64,000 nt of DNA from Azolla caroliniana (GCA_043228905.1 JBHGNT010000004.1:10726001-10790000), one strand, 5' to 3'; positions 1 to 12,774 are shown, counted from the first letter of the stretch. Numbers and translations are program-made. The notes: a model not told the origin generated them from the sequence alone.

Positions 1-1042
1 CAATTGTTATAATGCTTTTCCAAGGCTTCCTTTGCACCTTGTAAACCCAGCCTTGCCTAATGTTTAACTAGAAGAGGCACTTACATATAAGTGTAAACTT
101 GAGGTCCCTCGGCATGCAATACAGTAATAATAATAATTATTCTTTCACTTATATTTTCTCTGCCAATTAATACAGTTAAAAGCCGTTGCTAACTTTTGCA
201 AAATAGTATTGAATGCTGTAAAACGTGAGTGTGTAATTTTGTGAATAAATTAGCCATACTACATAAGATTTCACTATCCATATTCTCCCCACTAGAAAAT
301 GTCAAATAACTTGCACAAACTAAAATTATCTTTCTTTTTCATGAAACAGGGTTAAATCCAATATTGTGAGCACACAAATGTTGAGATGAAACATTTTTTT
401 CTGTGTTTTAAAATTGAGCAGGTGTATGCAGTCACATATGTATGCAAACCCGCAATAGAGGCCATTTATCAAGAATAGAATTGGGATTAGAAACCCCTTT
501 TTCCGAGGTCATCATTAACTGACAAGAATGGACAAAAAGTTGCAGCAAACGTTGGAACTTACATGGTTAGGCTCTACTTGAATTCAGTGATTCTCAAGTC
601 ATGCCATGTGTAGATTGTTCACATTCCACGGCAAAATAAAGAAGAAAATGTCTAGATTGTCATAACTTCACAAGAAGAAAATGTCTAGATTCGGATGGAT
701 GGATCAATAATCACTCATAATTCTCTTAATGTTTGTCATATCCAAGGTCATGATGACGAAGCACGTTCTGATGGAATTGATGTTATTGTTCCTCTGCTTA
801 CTCACTGGAATGCGTCCCACGTCAGTTTAGCGCAACATATTGATGAAAGCGCTCATCTATCTCAATATGTACTGTTCGTCATCAAACCTCTAAAAATGCC
901 TAAACAATAGAGCATAATTCATTGCACAATGGGTCATATCCTCCCATCATAAGGCCGTCTGCAAATTGCAAGATTGGAAACACAGCATGCTGAATGCACA
1001 GATGGAGATCCTAAATGTGCCGCTGAAAGGAACAGAAGCACC

Positions 1043-4000
1043 ATGTCGGCACATTCCACCACAGTATCTCCCCCAATGGTCATTATCTTTTATCAGCATT
1101 TCTGTTCACGAAGGTTTCACAACCATTCATCTCTGGATAGCCTGGACAACTGCTCGAAGCTTATCATAGGACACGTCAAACATGGGGAGTTTAAGCATGC
1201 TCTTGCTTTGTACCAGAAAATGGAGAAGAATCCTTATGTCATTCCAGATGAGAATGCGTTTGTGGCATTGTTGAAGGCGTGCAGTAAGGTTTTTGATGTA
1301 GCAAGAGGCCAAGAAATACACAAGAAGATCCATAGGCTGGGAATTTTGGGCAACAATGTTTACCTTGGCAATGCCTTGATCAACATGTACATGAAATGTG
1401 GATATGTTGACAAAGCTTGTGAGTCATTCAAAGTGATGTCTTTTCACAATGTTGTCTCCTGGAATACACTCATCACAGGCTATGTGAGAAATGGGTATGC
1501 TGAGGATGCCCTCACTTGCTTTGAATATATGCAAAAAGATGGCATCTTTCCAGACACCACGACATTTATTTGCATCATAAAAGCTTGTGCAATGGTTGGA
1601 TCAATGACAAAAGGGCAAGAAATACATGCTGAGATTGTTAGGAAAGCTTTAGTAGAAAAGGATGTTATGATTGGCAGTACCTTGGTCGACATGTACATGA
1701 AATATGGATGTCTTACAAAAGCACAACAAGTGTTTGATAGCCTTCCCACTAGAGATGTTGTCTCATGGAATTCGTTGATTGCAGGCTATGCTGAAGAAGG
1801 GTTTGGACCAAGAATATCTGATTGCTTGATAAATATGCAAGCTGAAGGAATCTCACCTGATCCAATTACACTTAGTTGTTCCTTAAAAGCTTGTGGTGGC
1901 ATAAAATCTATATCCATAGGTCAAGAAATACATGGTGAAATCACCAAAAAAGGATATGTGGAGCATGACGTGTTCCTACATTGTAGCTTGGTTGATATGT
2001 ATGCAAAATGTGGATGGCTTAAAACAGCACAAGAAATCTTTGAAAACTCTCAATTTCATGATGTAGTCTCATGGAATGCATTAATAACAGGGTATGTGGA
2101 GCAAAGGCATGACGAGGAAGCATTGGCTTGTTTTGAACTAATGAATAATAGGATATGCCCAGATGTTGTCACGTATACTTCCCTTTTAAAAGCGTGTGGC
2201 AGTCTAGGAGAAACAATAAAAACACAAGATATTCATTTTGAGATCACCAGAAAGGGCTTGGAGAGAAGTAATTACATAGTTAACACATTAGTTGATGTGT
2301 ATGCGAGATGTCACATGCTTCTAGAAGCAGAAGATTTATTTTCCAAGCTTCCAGGTGAAACCATAATTGCATGGAATGCCCTAATAATGGGGTATATCAA
2401 CAATGGCTATAGCACGGAAGCACTAGAGTGTTTCATGTATATGCAACATAACTGTGTTTGTCCTGATGTTATCTCATTTATTTGCTGTTTAAAAGCCTGT
2501 ATTGACATTGGAGATATAACTAATGGGCATTATGTCCATGCTGAAATCATGAAAAGAGGGTTTTTTGACAGGGATGAGTTAATTGGAAGCATTCTGGTGG
2601 ATATGTATGCAAAATATGGTTTGATTCTGGAAGCAGAAACAGTATTTGACAAGCTTCCAGTTCAAGACATGGTATGCTGGACTGCATTAATTGCTGGATA
2701 CACAGAAAATGGGTTTGGTGTAGAAGCACTGTATTGTTTAGAGGGAATGGAGGAGCATGGTACATCTCCAAGTTCCATCACATATGTTTATATCCTGAAA
2801 GCTTGTGGACTTATAGGTGCTATAGAAAAGGGAAGAGAAACACATTTAAAGAGTGCAAAAAGAGGGTTCCTGGGAAGAGATCCCTTCATTGAAAGTTCAT
2901 TGGTTGAGATGTATGGAAGGTGTGGCTCACTTGCAGATGCAGAGGAAGTATTTCATATACTGAGGGATCCAGATGTGACTTTGTGGACTGCTCTTATTAC
3001 AGGATGCAGTAAGTGTGGAAATAGTGAGAAAGTGTTCAAATACTTGGAACAGATGCAACAAGAAGGCACTGTTCCCTGTGCTGCTGCCTATTTGTATGGT
3101 TTGAAAGCTTGTTGCGGCATACAGTCATGTAAAACTCGAGAAATTCATTTGGATCTAGTCAAGAGAGGCTTGGACATAGAGCCACTTCTGGTTGACTCAT
3201 TGCTTAATGCTTATGCTAAATGCTGTTCCTTTCCTGAAGCAAAATTTGTGTTCAGTGGACTCAAAGTCCAAGATGCAACTACATGGAATTTCCTCATTGC
3301 AGGACATATTGCACATGGGAATTTTGAGGAATCTCTCAAGTGTTTGAGTGAGATGGAATATGCAGGCCTGTCTTTGACTGTCGATACATACATCTATGCC
3401 TTAAAAGCTATTGGAAACACACAAGCTAAATTCAAAGGGCGGGACATGCATTCTCAGCTCACTTTGAAAGGGTTCGAAAGAGAGAATTTTGTTGTCAATG
3501 CTTTGATTGATATGTATGTTAAATGTGATGTACTTGCAGATGCACAAAATGTCTTTGAAAAGCTTCCGGATGAAGATGCAATCAGTTGGGCAATTCTAAT
3601 TGGATGCTATGCTGATAAAGGAATGTATCAAGAAGCTTTGAATTGTTTCAAAGAAATGGGGCAACAGGGAATCTGCCCAGTGCTTGGCATATTCTGTACC
3701 CTTCAGAAGGTTTTTGTTGCTATCAAAGCTACATATGAAGGGCAAGCAATGCATTGTATTCTTGTTAAACAGGGACTGGAAGGTGAGACTCTCGTTGCCA
3801 ACATGTTTCTTGACATGTATGCAAAGTGTGGATTGTTAGAAGAAGCACATAGGGTGTTTGTTATGCTCGTGGCTAAAGATGTGTCTTCCTGGCGTGGACT
3901 TATTACAGCATATGCAGAAAATGGACATGCGGAGGAAGCATTATCACATTTTGAAGAAATGCAATGCAAAGGAATAAGTCCTGATGTTGGCACATTTCTT

Positions 4001-4645
4001 TGCTGTTTGAAAGCTTGTAGTAGCATAGGGTTGGTTTGTATGTGTCGTGAAATACATGCTAGCATAAACAGAATAGGGCTCCAAAATGATATCGTCATTG
4101 GAAACGCCTTAGTTGATTCATATGCTAAATGCGGCCTCCTTGAAGACGCACAAGTAACATTCAATACTATGGTAGTCCAAGATATTATCTCCTGGACTAC
4201 ACTTATTACAGGGTACGCACAGCTTGGGAAGATAGAAAATGCTATTTGGACTTTCAAGAAAATGCTAACCAAAGGTATGAAACCCAATCCAATCACATTT
4301 TCAAGTATTCTGAATTCTTGTTGTCATGGAGGGCTGGTTGATGAGGGCGAGATTTGCTTTCGGGCTGTGTGTAGTCATTGGCAATTGATTCCAACCATTG
4401 AGCATTACACAAGCATGGTTGATTTATTTGGTCGTGCTGACCATGTAGACAAAGGTGTCTCACTAATTATGAAAATGCCATTCCATCCTAGCATTGTTAT
4501 GTGGCATACTGTATTGGGGACTTGCCAAAGGTCAGGAGCTGTTGAAGTTGCGAAGTACGCCTTTGACCATTCAATGGAGCTAGATGAATATGATTCGGCA
4601 TCATACATTTATATGTCTAACATATATGCAAATTCTGTCGACTGA
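1043..4645 (+). CDS. PLS-class pentatricopeptide repeat protein ending in E1 and a partial E2 motif, no DYW domain (about 1200 aa)
   Basis: Uninterrupted ORF of P-L-S triplets (e.g. DVVSWNSLIAGY / TFICIIKAC / GSTLVDMYMKYG) ending EHYTSMVDLFGRA..MPFHPSIVMWHTVLGTC..YIYMSNIYA. The ORF track opens at TTG 974; the first in-frame ATG is at 1043. An upstream exon cannot be excluded. Confidence 0.93.
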   Translation: MSAHSTTVSPPMVIIFYQHFCSRRFHNHSSLDSLDNCSKLIIGHVKHGEFKHALALYQKMEKNPYVIPDENAFVALLKACSKVFDVARGQEIHKKIHRLGILGNNVYLGNALINMYMKCGYVDKACESFKVMSFHNVVSWNTLITGYVRNGYAEDALTCFEYMQKDGIFPDTTTFICIIKACAMVGSMTKGQEIHAEIVRKALVEKDVMIGSTLVDMYMKYGCLTKAQQVFDSLPTRDVVSWNSLIAGYAEEGFGPRISDCLINMQAEGISPDPITLSCSLKACGGIKSISIGQEIHGEITKKGYVEHDVFLHCSLVDMYAKCGWLKTAQEIFENSQFHDVVSWNALITGYVEQRHDEEALACFELMNNRICPDVVTYTSLLKACGSLGETIKTQDIHFEITRKGLERSNYIVNTLVDVYARCHMLLEAEDLFSKLPGETIIAWNALIMGYINNGYSTEALECFMYMQHNCVCPDVISFICCLKACIDIGDITNGHYVHAEIMKRGFFDRDELIGSILVDMYAKYGLILEAETVFDKLPVQDMVCWTALIAGYTENGFGVEALYCLEGMEEHGTSPSSITYVYILKACGLIGAIEKGRETHLKSAKRGFLGRDPFIESSLVEMYGRCGSLADAEEVFHILRDPDVTLWTALITGCSKCGNSEKVFKYLEQMQQEGTVPCAAAYLYGLKACCGIQSCKTREIHLDLVKRGLDIEPLLVDSLLNAYAKCCSFPEAKFVFSGLKVQDATTWNFLIAGHIAHGNFEESLKCLSEMEYAGLSLTVDTYIYALKAIGNTQAKFKGRDMHSQLTLKGFERENFVVNALIDMYVKCDVLADAQNVFEKLPDEDAISWAILIGCYADKGMYQEALNCFKEMGQQGICPVLGIFCTLQKVFVAIKATYEGQAMHCILVKQGLEGETLVANMFLDMYAKCGLLEEAHRVFVMLVAKDVSSWRGLITAYAENGHAEEALSHFEEMQCKGISPDVGTFLCCLKACSSIGLVCMCREIHASINRIGLQNDIVIGNALVDSYAKCGLLEDAQVTFNTMVVQDIISWTTLITGYAQLGKIENAIWTFKKMLTKGMKPNPITFSSILNSCCHGGLVDEGEICFRAVCSHWQLIPTIEHYTSMVDLFGRADHVDKGVSLIMKMPFHPSIVMWHTVLGTCQRSGAVEVAKYAFDHSMELDEYDSASYIYMSNIYANSVD

Positions 4646-4949
4646 AGAAAGGAAACAATTATGTGCATCCCAAGCATTTGATATATTGTATGTTTCTCTA
4701 ACAATCAAATGTGATTATTCATATTTTATCCTCTACTCAACACTCAATACCCTATATTCTGCACTTAACAAAAAGCTCTAATGCAAAATGTAAATCTGGT
4801 GTACATATACATGATTAAAAAATGTGAAGTTTTATGGTGCAACAGAACAACAATCTCTCTCACTTTGTTTCTTCTTTGGCATCTTGCCCAGGCTCCACGA
4901 TGTCAACATGGTTTGATTTGATTGGATGATGACAATGAAGTTTCTACAT

Positions 4950-5480
4950 ACATGATTGATATTGACAAGGAGCTTACATATAAAATGAAAAGCAAATTGA
5001 GTAGATTTTGTACAGTTTTATAAGTGAGAACTGGGTAAATTTAGGAACCAAGGAATACTCAGGACATGATTAAGGAAAGAAACATAACCTTTAAATGATC
5101 TGATGGTATCCACCTACCTTTCACAATATCCTCCCACCTCATCTCTTGAAGGTGACTTTACCTGAGTTCAAATGTGGTCTTGAATGATGCTCTCTTCTCA
5201 TTGTGCCACAATAGTGTTAATATCGATGGCTTACATGCCCTTGTTAGTAATGCCTTGGGCAGCCATAATCCTCTTGGAGATGGAGGAAGTGGGGGGGGGG
5301 GGGTGGGATGCGCAGACCCACTCTTTGTATAAAGTGGGATACTTTGACCTCTTCCTGATGGATATAGTGTTGTAATGTTGCTGATGATTCTGTTGCGAAC
5401 ATTTCTTGTTGTTTTCCATGAGATTTGAACCATACGAGCTTGTGATCTCCTTCCACATAACCATTATTACAATTGATTGA
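4950..5480 (-). mobile_element. Possible highly decayed Ty1/copia gag-protease remnant
   Basis: Fragmentary minus-strand peptides resemble a decayed zinc knuckle (EVKVSHFIQRVG) and a copia protease segment (LNHVLSIP). No termini visible. Confidence 0.25.
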
Positions 5481-6352
5481 CAACAATAATGATAATACTT
5501 TCCGTGATTTATTTTACCGATTAACATTCCCTATAACAAGCAATATTAATGACTTGGGGGTGTGGTATATGAAAAAGAAGGTAAAATTTGTGAATGAGGA
5601 TCAAATTTTTATAAATTAATGTATTGCCAAGACATTCTCAGGTACATGGCTTCTTCACCTTTCCCTGGAAAAGTTGTTTACCTCAAGAGCTTACGAAAAG
5701 CTCATTCATCATTTCTTAAGTTGCTTTTAGGTGTATTGCTTCTGCTGTGTTGCGCTAAGCACATGTCTTTCTTTAGTCCGATTCTTGTCTTCCTTCAAAT
5801 CATCAGTCTACCCTTAGATTGGCGAGAGAGGTAGAGACATTCATCGATCACCCCCCTAAGCCACTAACAATCATGGTTAATACCTAAGTGAATTCCGTCT
5901 CTCACATGCATAAATATGCACAGTCCTGACTTTGGAAACAAGTTGGATGTCATTATTTAATCATGTTTAGACTTCTTGTAGATGTTTCACCCAGAAGGCA
6001 TGCTTGGACTCCATCTTCTTTAGTAGAACGCTTCCATAGAAATGTGAAGTCCATCGAAGTTATTCAACATAATATATCTCATGTCTATATTACACTATGT
6101 TCAAATCATGTATCACCACTCTCCCATATCTATAATCGATCGCAACCATCATCACTTTTGTGGTGATAAGAGAAGGATGAACATAATTTAGATTAAACGG
6201 TTCCTTTAAAACGTAACAATATGATAAAATATCAGTTTGGGAAAAAAATCATGATAATTTTCATGAATCCATGACTTCAAGGTTTTATGTGACATTTTGT
6301 TACTTTTACATGTACTTTTTTTTATTGCATATATCTTTGTGCTCCTAATATA

Positions 6353-7638
6353 CATAGACATTCGGTTAAGTGCGTGTCCATTTAATTGTGCCATTCTATT
6401 AAGTGCGCTTTTTTGGGAGGCCAAAATCCAGTTCAAAAAAAGTACATTGTTTCTTCACGAAATTAGATTCTATTATATTCGAACCAGGAAAGAAAGAAGC
6501 ATTTGCAAAGCATCTCTATCTTGGCAAGATTGTCTCCATCACATAAGGCTTAAGCTATTGATGGTGGGGACATTGAAGGAAATGGGTGAGGTAGTTGTCG
6601 TGATAGGTCATGGTACTAATCATGCATCGGCAATTCAAGAAGTGTATGTTAGGGCATCAAAGGAGAGTCTAGACTTCGCGATTATGGATGGCAAATTTGC
6701 ATTAGTGGTGAAAGTGGTATAGCGGGGCTCGATTAGTTGACAACATATTGACTACTATTATAGAGAAAGGCACACACAAGGTTTTCAATTGTTTCAGCAA
6801 ATGTCCGAGACAGCAATCTGAGCCATGGAAATGGTAGCCAGCAAAACGAAAAACCCAAGGGGCATCGTGAGAGGAATAAGGAAGAACGAAACAAAGTTTT
6901 CATATTTACAACAATACCCCGCCCTTGGCTCAATTTCAAGAGTCCCTTGTCGTACTTTTCACCCAACACTTAGGGTTAGGTTTCTTCAGTTTGGATTTTT
7001 TCTAGGGATACTTATGTGACTTATGGTGAGTAAACAAAACCCAAGGGCATCGGTGGAGGAATTTGGTGGCAATCTTTGTAAATTTTTTGTGGCAACAGGA
7101 TCATCAGGGAATATGTCATTAAACTAACGTGTAGCTACTATGGGTGCCTTCGATCATGGACATGTTGGACGCGCTAGAGAGGTAAGCCAACTGATAATTT
7201 GTTGAACATGCCTCCAATTGGGTAGAAGGAGCCAGCCTATAATCTGATATGGAGGAGGTTGTTGATAATCTACTGAACATGCCCCAAAGATCCCACTCTC
7301 AGACAATTGATCATTTGCTAAACATACTCCCAATCAGGTGGAATGAGCCCAATGATGATCTGCTACAGAGCAGCCACCAATAATTCGTTAAACATGCCCT
7401 TAATCGGGTGGAAAGAGCCCCTAATTGTTTGATCACCTCTAATTTCACGTGGAGGAACATCTCCTTCCAGGTCATCTATTGTTTTATCATTCACCTAACC
7501 CTTCCAGTTAAGGAAGAGAAGATAATGAGGCTAACTGGTGTAGCAAATGCTTGTTGTATCAACAAAATTTTCATATTCAGCCCTAAGTGCGCACTTATTC
7601 CCTAAGATCAAAGTGCGCACTTAACCGAATGTCTACTC
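6353..7638. mobile_element. Non-autonomous Tc1/mariner (pogo-like) TIR element
   Basis: Inverted repeat TAGACATTCGGTTAAGTGCG at 6355-6374 and 7616-7635. Termini reconstruct to CAGTAGAC.. with TA on both sides. No transposase ORF recognised. Confidence 0.65.
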
Positions 7639-9388
7639 TATCTAGGCCCATCTGTTATGACAATTGCTTTTCTTTATAAATTTCTCTCAGTATCATTAGC
7701 TCTTAAGATTTACCTCCTTATCCTTAGGATTTTTTTTTCTCAGAATTGGTTAAAACCCTAGATTAACTTTGTTGGCTTTATGTTGCTCTTGTTGAAGGTG
7801 TTTTTTGTATTCTTGTACACACAGTATTCCGGCCTGGCCCAGGCGGGTTCTTACTGCTTAATAAACGGTAACGATAATACACATAAACGGAATCAGTTAA
7901 GTAACCACTGCCGCTGTAACTAAGGCCTTACCATGCTTGGTCTCTTTTTCCGTCTCTACATGCCAAGGCACAGGCTTAACAACCATAGGCAGATTCAACT
8001 TAACAGGTATCAAGTTGAGATCATATCAAATGTTGGTAGGGTTGTATTTAATCGTGTTCTGTATCTAGAAGCTTCTTCTAGTTCTGGTTTCGCAATTAAT
8101 TTGGATCAGATTTTTCCGACCGACATTTAGTCCCGGTCTAGCAAGTGTCTAAGGACCCACCCGTTTTCGAGCCGTACAGCTGGTCATGATTGGATGGTCG
8201 GATAAGTTGCTTCAGTCGCATGCAATATTTTCACTTTTTCATTATCAAGTCTTGTCTCGTTTTCCTCGCCTTTTGATATTAAATTAATTATCATGGTGTA
8301 GTGTGATTGATGCCTTGCTTGGTTTGGACTTTTTTGGTTTTCATTTCCATTTTATGGTAATTTGAGTCCCTTTCTCATTTTTATCTAAGTTTTGTGTGAT
8401 TCATTATACTGAGGTGACTAGATGTGCCCTTACTTTGGTGCTATGACTGACATTAGGTTTGTGCATATCTTTTTCTTCTTTTTAAGGCAATCCAGGACTA
8501 GGTGTTTTAGATCACAATTAGGCATGTGGCCTTCTTTCAAGTCTTGGGATTGTTGGTTCATAGATGTGGTGGGCCTAGAGAGTGGCGGGAAACCTATTTG
8601 ATTGTACCACAAGCTACTGGTGTATGATTGTAATATTTTAGTCAAGCACTCACTAGCCATGTGAGGACCTTGACTATTGAGGCATTTTATTTCTGGACAT
8701 TGTGATAGTACTGTTTGGCTTGGCCCCAATTCCTTATGCTCACTTCATATAATACGTGCATGGGAACTAGGTCACCATTTACCTCTGTATAGTGTTAGAA
8801 AACCTCATCCTCTTACAGTCCATTATAATCAACTTGTGATTCATCAAAGGTGGGTAATCCCCCATAACCTGGGCCTTCATCATATGTAATATTCTAGTTT
8901 GGCCAATCAAGCTCCTATGCTTGGGTGCAGAGGTTCTTGAGGTACGAGTCGATGGGTGTGGCTAGTTGCCTGAGGTAGTGCTTTAGGGTGCCCCACCAAA
9001 GATCCTTGCTGAACTTCCCATTGGGTGCTCTCCAACAGTTACCTGGGCAGTGCATATCATATGCCTGAGATACGAAAAATCATGCCTCATTTGTTGGGGC
9101 ACTGTATATCCTTGTGTATTGCATAGCCTGTTTGGCGTTTTACTCTTGTTTGAGAGGCTATTAGTGGTTGCACGGATGTTAAGGTCTCTTTTGATTGTGG
9201 TAGCTAATGTTGGCATTTGATTTGTTTGTCAGGACCATACTCTTGGGTGTGACTAAAAGCAGGCACCCTCGTTATGTCAATAAGAAGCTCATAAGCCCAT
9301 GTTATTTGTTTGAAATGCTCTACATGGGGATGCTGGTTGGGACATGGAGCAAGTGAATAGAACTCCAATGCAAACATTTCACTTGCAC

Positions 9389-12322
9389 TCACAAATTTGC
9401 ACAGGTTTGAGACCATAAGACCGAAGTCCTTGCATCAGCTTTATTTAAGTGAATAGCATGTGCGAGGGCCTGTTTCCCAACCTGCAAATTCCCCCAATGT
9501 TTACAAGCCCCTAACAAAGAATGCCACACAACAAGATTAGGAGACTGGGGCATTTCGAAGACCATAGATATCGCATTCTCTAGATGACCTGCACGGCTAA
9601 GTGCATCCACGATACAAGCATAATGCTCCAGCATTGGAACAATACCATAGTCTTTACTCATCATCTCAAAGTACCTCTCGCTCTTGTTGAACATACCTAC
9701 ACGACTACATGCATTAAGGATAACAATAAACGTTACCCAATCTGGTCGTGTACCTTCACCTTGCATATTCCCGAATAGGTAAAGAACAGTTTCAAAGTCT
9801 CCAAGTTGAGCATAGCCTGCCAGCAGTGCAGTCCATGAGACTACGCCTCGAATCAGAAGCTTGTCGAACACTTGCTGTGCTTTTGGGAGGGACCCCAAGT
9901 TTGCATACATTTCAACCAACGCACTGCCAACCATAACTTTATTCTCTATCAGTCTTCTTCTCTCAATGGCATCATGTATTTCTTGCCCTTTAACAACAGC
10001 ACCTAATTTTCCACAAGCTTTCAGCACAGAAATGAATGTAACAACATCAGGAATAGTGCCTTCCAGTTGCATTGCTTCGAAAAGCCTAATAGCTTCATCA
10101 AATTGGCCAAGTTCAGTATATGCACTAATTAATGCATTCCATGAAACCACATCTGGAACTTGAAGCCTATCAAACACCTCCTGTGCTTTCGTAAGTGCAC
10201 CAGAATTAGCATACAAACCAACCAAGGCATTTCCAATAGTAGTGTTATTTTCGAGAAGTCCTTGTTGTTCCATATAATCATGTATTTCTTTGCCTTTCTC
10301 TGTGTCTCCTAGCTTTCGACAGGCTTTCAAGCTACAAATATATGTAACAGCATCAGGCAAGACACCATCAACTTGCATAAGTTGAAGACGCTCAAGCGCT
10401 TCCCTAACCTTCCCAAGTTCAATATATCCTGAGATTAATGCATTCCACGAAATCACATTTCTTATTGGAAGTAGATCAAACACTTCTTGTCCTTTCACAT
10501 GTGAGCCACATTCCATATACATATGAATCAATGCATTGCCGATATCAATGTTTCCTTCTAAAGAACCCTGCTTGCGAATCATGTCATGTATTTGCTCTCC
10601 CTTTCCTTTGTCTACTATCATGCCACAAGCCTTCAAGCTGCAAACAAATGTAATCACGTCAGGAAACATGCCCTCTATTTGCATCTGCTCAAGACACTGA
10701 AGTGCTTTTTCATTTTGATCACATTCAACATAACCAGAAATCAATGTATTCCATGTGACTACATTCCGAAGAGGAAGCCTCTCAAACACTTGCTCTGCCT
10801 TTGTAAGCAAACAGAATGTCACATACATGTAAATCAGGGTATTGCCAACAGTGATGTTGGAATCAAGAAATCCTTTTTGTTCAATTTTAACATGTATTTC
10901 TCTTCCCATATCTATGGCTCCTACACTTGCACATGCTTTCAAGCTGGAAATGAAAGTTACAGCATCAGGAGACACATGTTCAATTTGCATCTTTTTGAAA
11001 CATTCGAGAGCTGTTTGACAATACCCTTGCACCATATATCCACCAATGAGTGCTGACCATGAAACCTCGTTTCTGATAGGGAGTTTATCAAAAACCTTCT
11101 GCGCCATATCAAGCAAGCCACATTTCATGTACATATCAACCAAAGTGTTGCCCATTACAAAATCTTCATCCAGAAATCCACATTTCTCAATCTGAGAATG
11201 CAATTCTTTGCCCTTCTCCACAGATCTATCCTGACAACAAGCATTCAAGCCACAAATAAATGCGACATTGTTGGGAGAGACACCTTCAACTTGCATTTCT
11301 TCAAAGCATTTGAGTGCTTGTCCACTTGGTCCATGTTCTATATTACCATGAAGAAGTGTAGTCCATGAGATCACATCTCGAATTGGGAGTCTGTCAAAAA
11401 CTGACTGTGCCATGCTAAAAGAGCCACATTTTATATACATATCAATCAATGCATTGCCGACACTAAGATCTTTCTGCAAACACAGGGTTTCAATCAGTAC
11501 ATGTATTTCTTGGCCTTTGTGTATGTATTCTATGTCTCGACAAGCTTTCATGCAACATATAAATGTCACGGCACTAGGGGTAACACAATGAAGTTGCATT
11601 CTTTTGAAACACATAAATGCTTCTTCAACCTGACCATTTTCACCATATCCTGAAAGAAGAGCAGTCCAGGAAATCACATCTTGTATGGGAATCTTATCAA
11701 AGATGTGCTGAGCTTTGATCATGATCTTGCATTTACAATACATATAAACCAAAGCACTATTGATAAATATGTTTCTTTCAAGCATGCCACTTTGATCGAC
11801 AATATCATGGATGCGAATTCCAACATGTAAATCAGTGAGTTTAACACAAGCTTTGATCAAAGCTACAAAACCATGCTCATTAGGCTGATGAAACGGATGA
11901 ACATTTTGCATTTCATTGAAGAGTAAAAGAGCAAATCGCGGCGTCTCATGTGCAACATAGGAGATGATGAGAGAATTGAATGCGAAATCACTGCGATATA
12001 CTGATTTTTTGAAGACTTGTTGAGCATAATGCAATCGCTCTTCCTGTAAGAGTGCAGAGACGAGAAGGTTGTTGAGGGGAGAGGGAGAGGTATCGAGGCC
12101 TGTATCACAGAGGTATGAGTGGAAGCGAAGGGCATCAGAACGAAGAACATGGTCTGTTTTCTCTTCCTTTCTTCTGCAGCACGTGTCACGAAGGAAGCTT
12201 GCAAGATGCAGTAAAGAAGAAGAGGAGGAGGAGGAGGAGGATGAAGGTGAAGATGGTGGTGATGAGGAGGAGCATTGAAGCATAGAGCTCAAAACCTCCT
12301 TCCATGGATCAGGCTTCTTCAT
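9389..12322 (-). CDS. PLS-class pentatricopeptide repeat protein with Ser-rich N-terminus and truncated E region, no DYW domain (977 aa)
   Basis: Intact ORF of repeated P-L-S motifs (DVISWTALLSGY / VTFICCMKAC / VGNALIDMYIKCG) ending EHYACIVDALSRAG..PNLVVWHSLLGAC. The poly-Ser N-terminus is compatible with an organellar transit peptide. Confidence 0.94.
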   Translation of the reverse strand: MKKPDPWKEVLSSMLQCSSSSPPSSPSSSSSSSSSSLLHLASFLRDTCCRRKEEKTDHVLRSDALRFHSYLCDTGLDTSPSPLNNLLVSALLQEERLHYAQQVFKKSVYRSDFAFNSLIISYVAHETPRFALLLFNEMQNVHPFHQPNEHGFVALIKACVKLTDLHVGIRIHDIVDQSGMLERNIFINSALVYMYCKCKIMIKAQHIFDKIPIQDVISWTALLSGYGENGQVEEAFMCFKRMQLHCVTPSAVTFICCMKACRDIEYIHKGQEIHVLIETLCLQKDLSVGNALIDMYIKCGSFSMAQSVFDRLPIRDVISWTTLLHGNIEHGPSGQALKCFEEMQVEGVSPNNVAFICGLNACCQDRSVEKGKELHSQIEKCGFLDEDFVMGNTLVDMYMKCGLLDMAQKVFDKLPIRNEVSWSALIGGYMVQGYCQTALECFKKMQIEHVSPDAVTFISSLKACASVGAIDMGREIHVKIEQKGFLDSNITVGNTLIYMYVTFCLLTKAEQVFERLPLRNVVTWNTLISGYVECDQNEKALQCLEQMQIEGMFPDVITFVCSLKACGMIVDKGKGEQIHDMIRKQGSLEGNIDIGNALIHMYMECGSHVKGQEVFDLLPIRNVISWNALISGYIELGKVREALERLQLMQVDGVLPDAVTYICSLKACRKLGDTEKGKEIHDYMEQQGLLENNTTIGNALVGLYANSGALTKAQEVFDRLQVPDVVSWNALISAYTELGQFDEAIRLFEAMQLEGTIPDVVTFISVLKACGKLGAVVKGQEIHDAIERRRLIENKVMVGSALVEMYANLGSLPKAQQVFDKLLIRGVVSWTALLAGYAQLGDFETVLYLFGNMQGEGTRPDWVTFIVILNACSRVGMFNKSERYFEMMSKDYGIVPMLEHYACIVDALSRAGHLENAISMVFEMPQSPNLVVWHSLLGACKHWGNLQVGKQALAHAIHLNKADARTSVLWSQTCANL

Positions 12323-12366
12323 GTTCCTGTTCCTGTTCCTGTTCCTGTTCCTGTTCCTGTTCCTGT

Positions 12367-12396
<30 letters not shown>
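12323..12396. repeat. Compound hexanucleotide microsatellite (GTTCCT)n(GCTCCT)n abutting the PPR start codon
   Basis: Directly visible tandem hexamers. Confidence 0.95.
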
Positions 12397-12397
<1 letters not shown>

Positions 12398-12774
12398 GAG
12401 ATGGATGGGAGGGAGGGACGTTGCGCTAAATCAAACTACATATGTATGTTGTACATAACTCCTCCGTACGTGTGTGTCTACACATTTGCATCCAAACATC
12501 ATAAAGAGGCCTTCCCTCCTGCCCAAGCAATCGCGGCCACGTAACATACATACACATACATACGGACGGTGTAGGGCGCTTAGCTGAGGGCACGCGCGAT
12601 TTGCACCCTCCAATCTTTATCCAAAACAAGTGTGCCAGTCAACAGTGTATGTCACCAGGCGCCCGACCATTTAAATATCAGTCATCCAACGTCACACTCT
12701 TTAGTCACCTGACTCAAAATGAGTTGCCCCACTTCACACTCTGTAGTCGCTCGACTTATAATTTTGTGTAATAA

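Noticed and set aside
610-692. Short direct repeat AAGAAGAAAATGTCTAGATT upstream of the first PPR gene
   Set aside because: A simple local slippage duplication with no evidence of function.
7820-9380. Possible decayed MITE/LINE sequence between the PPR genes
   Set aside because: No termini, TSD or protein motif could be identified with confidence.
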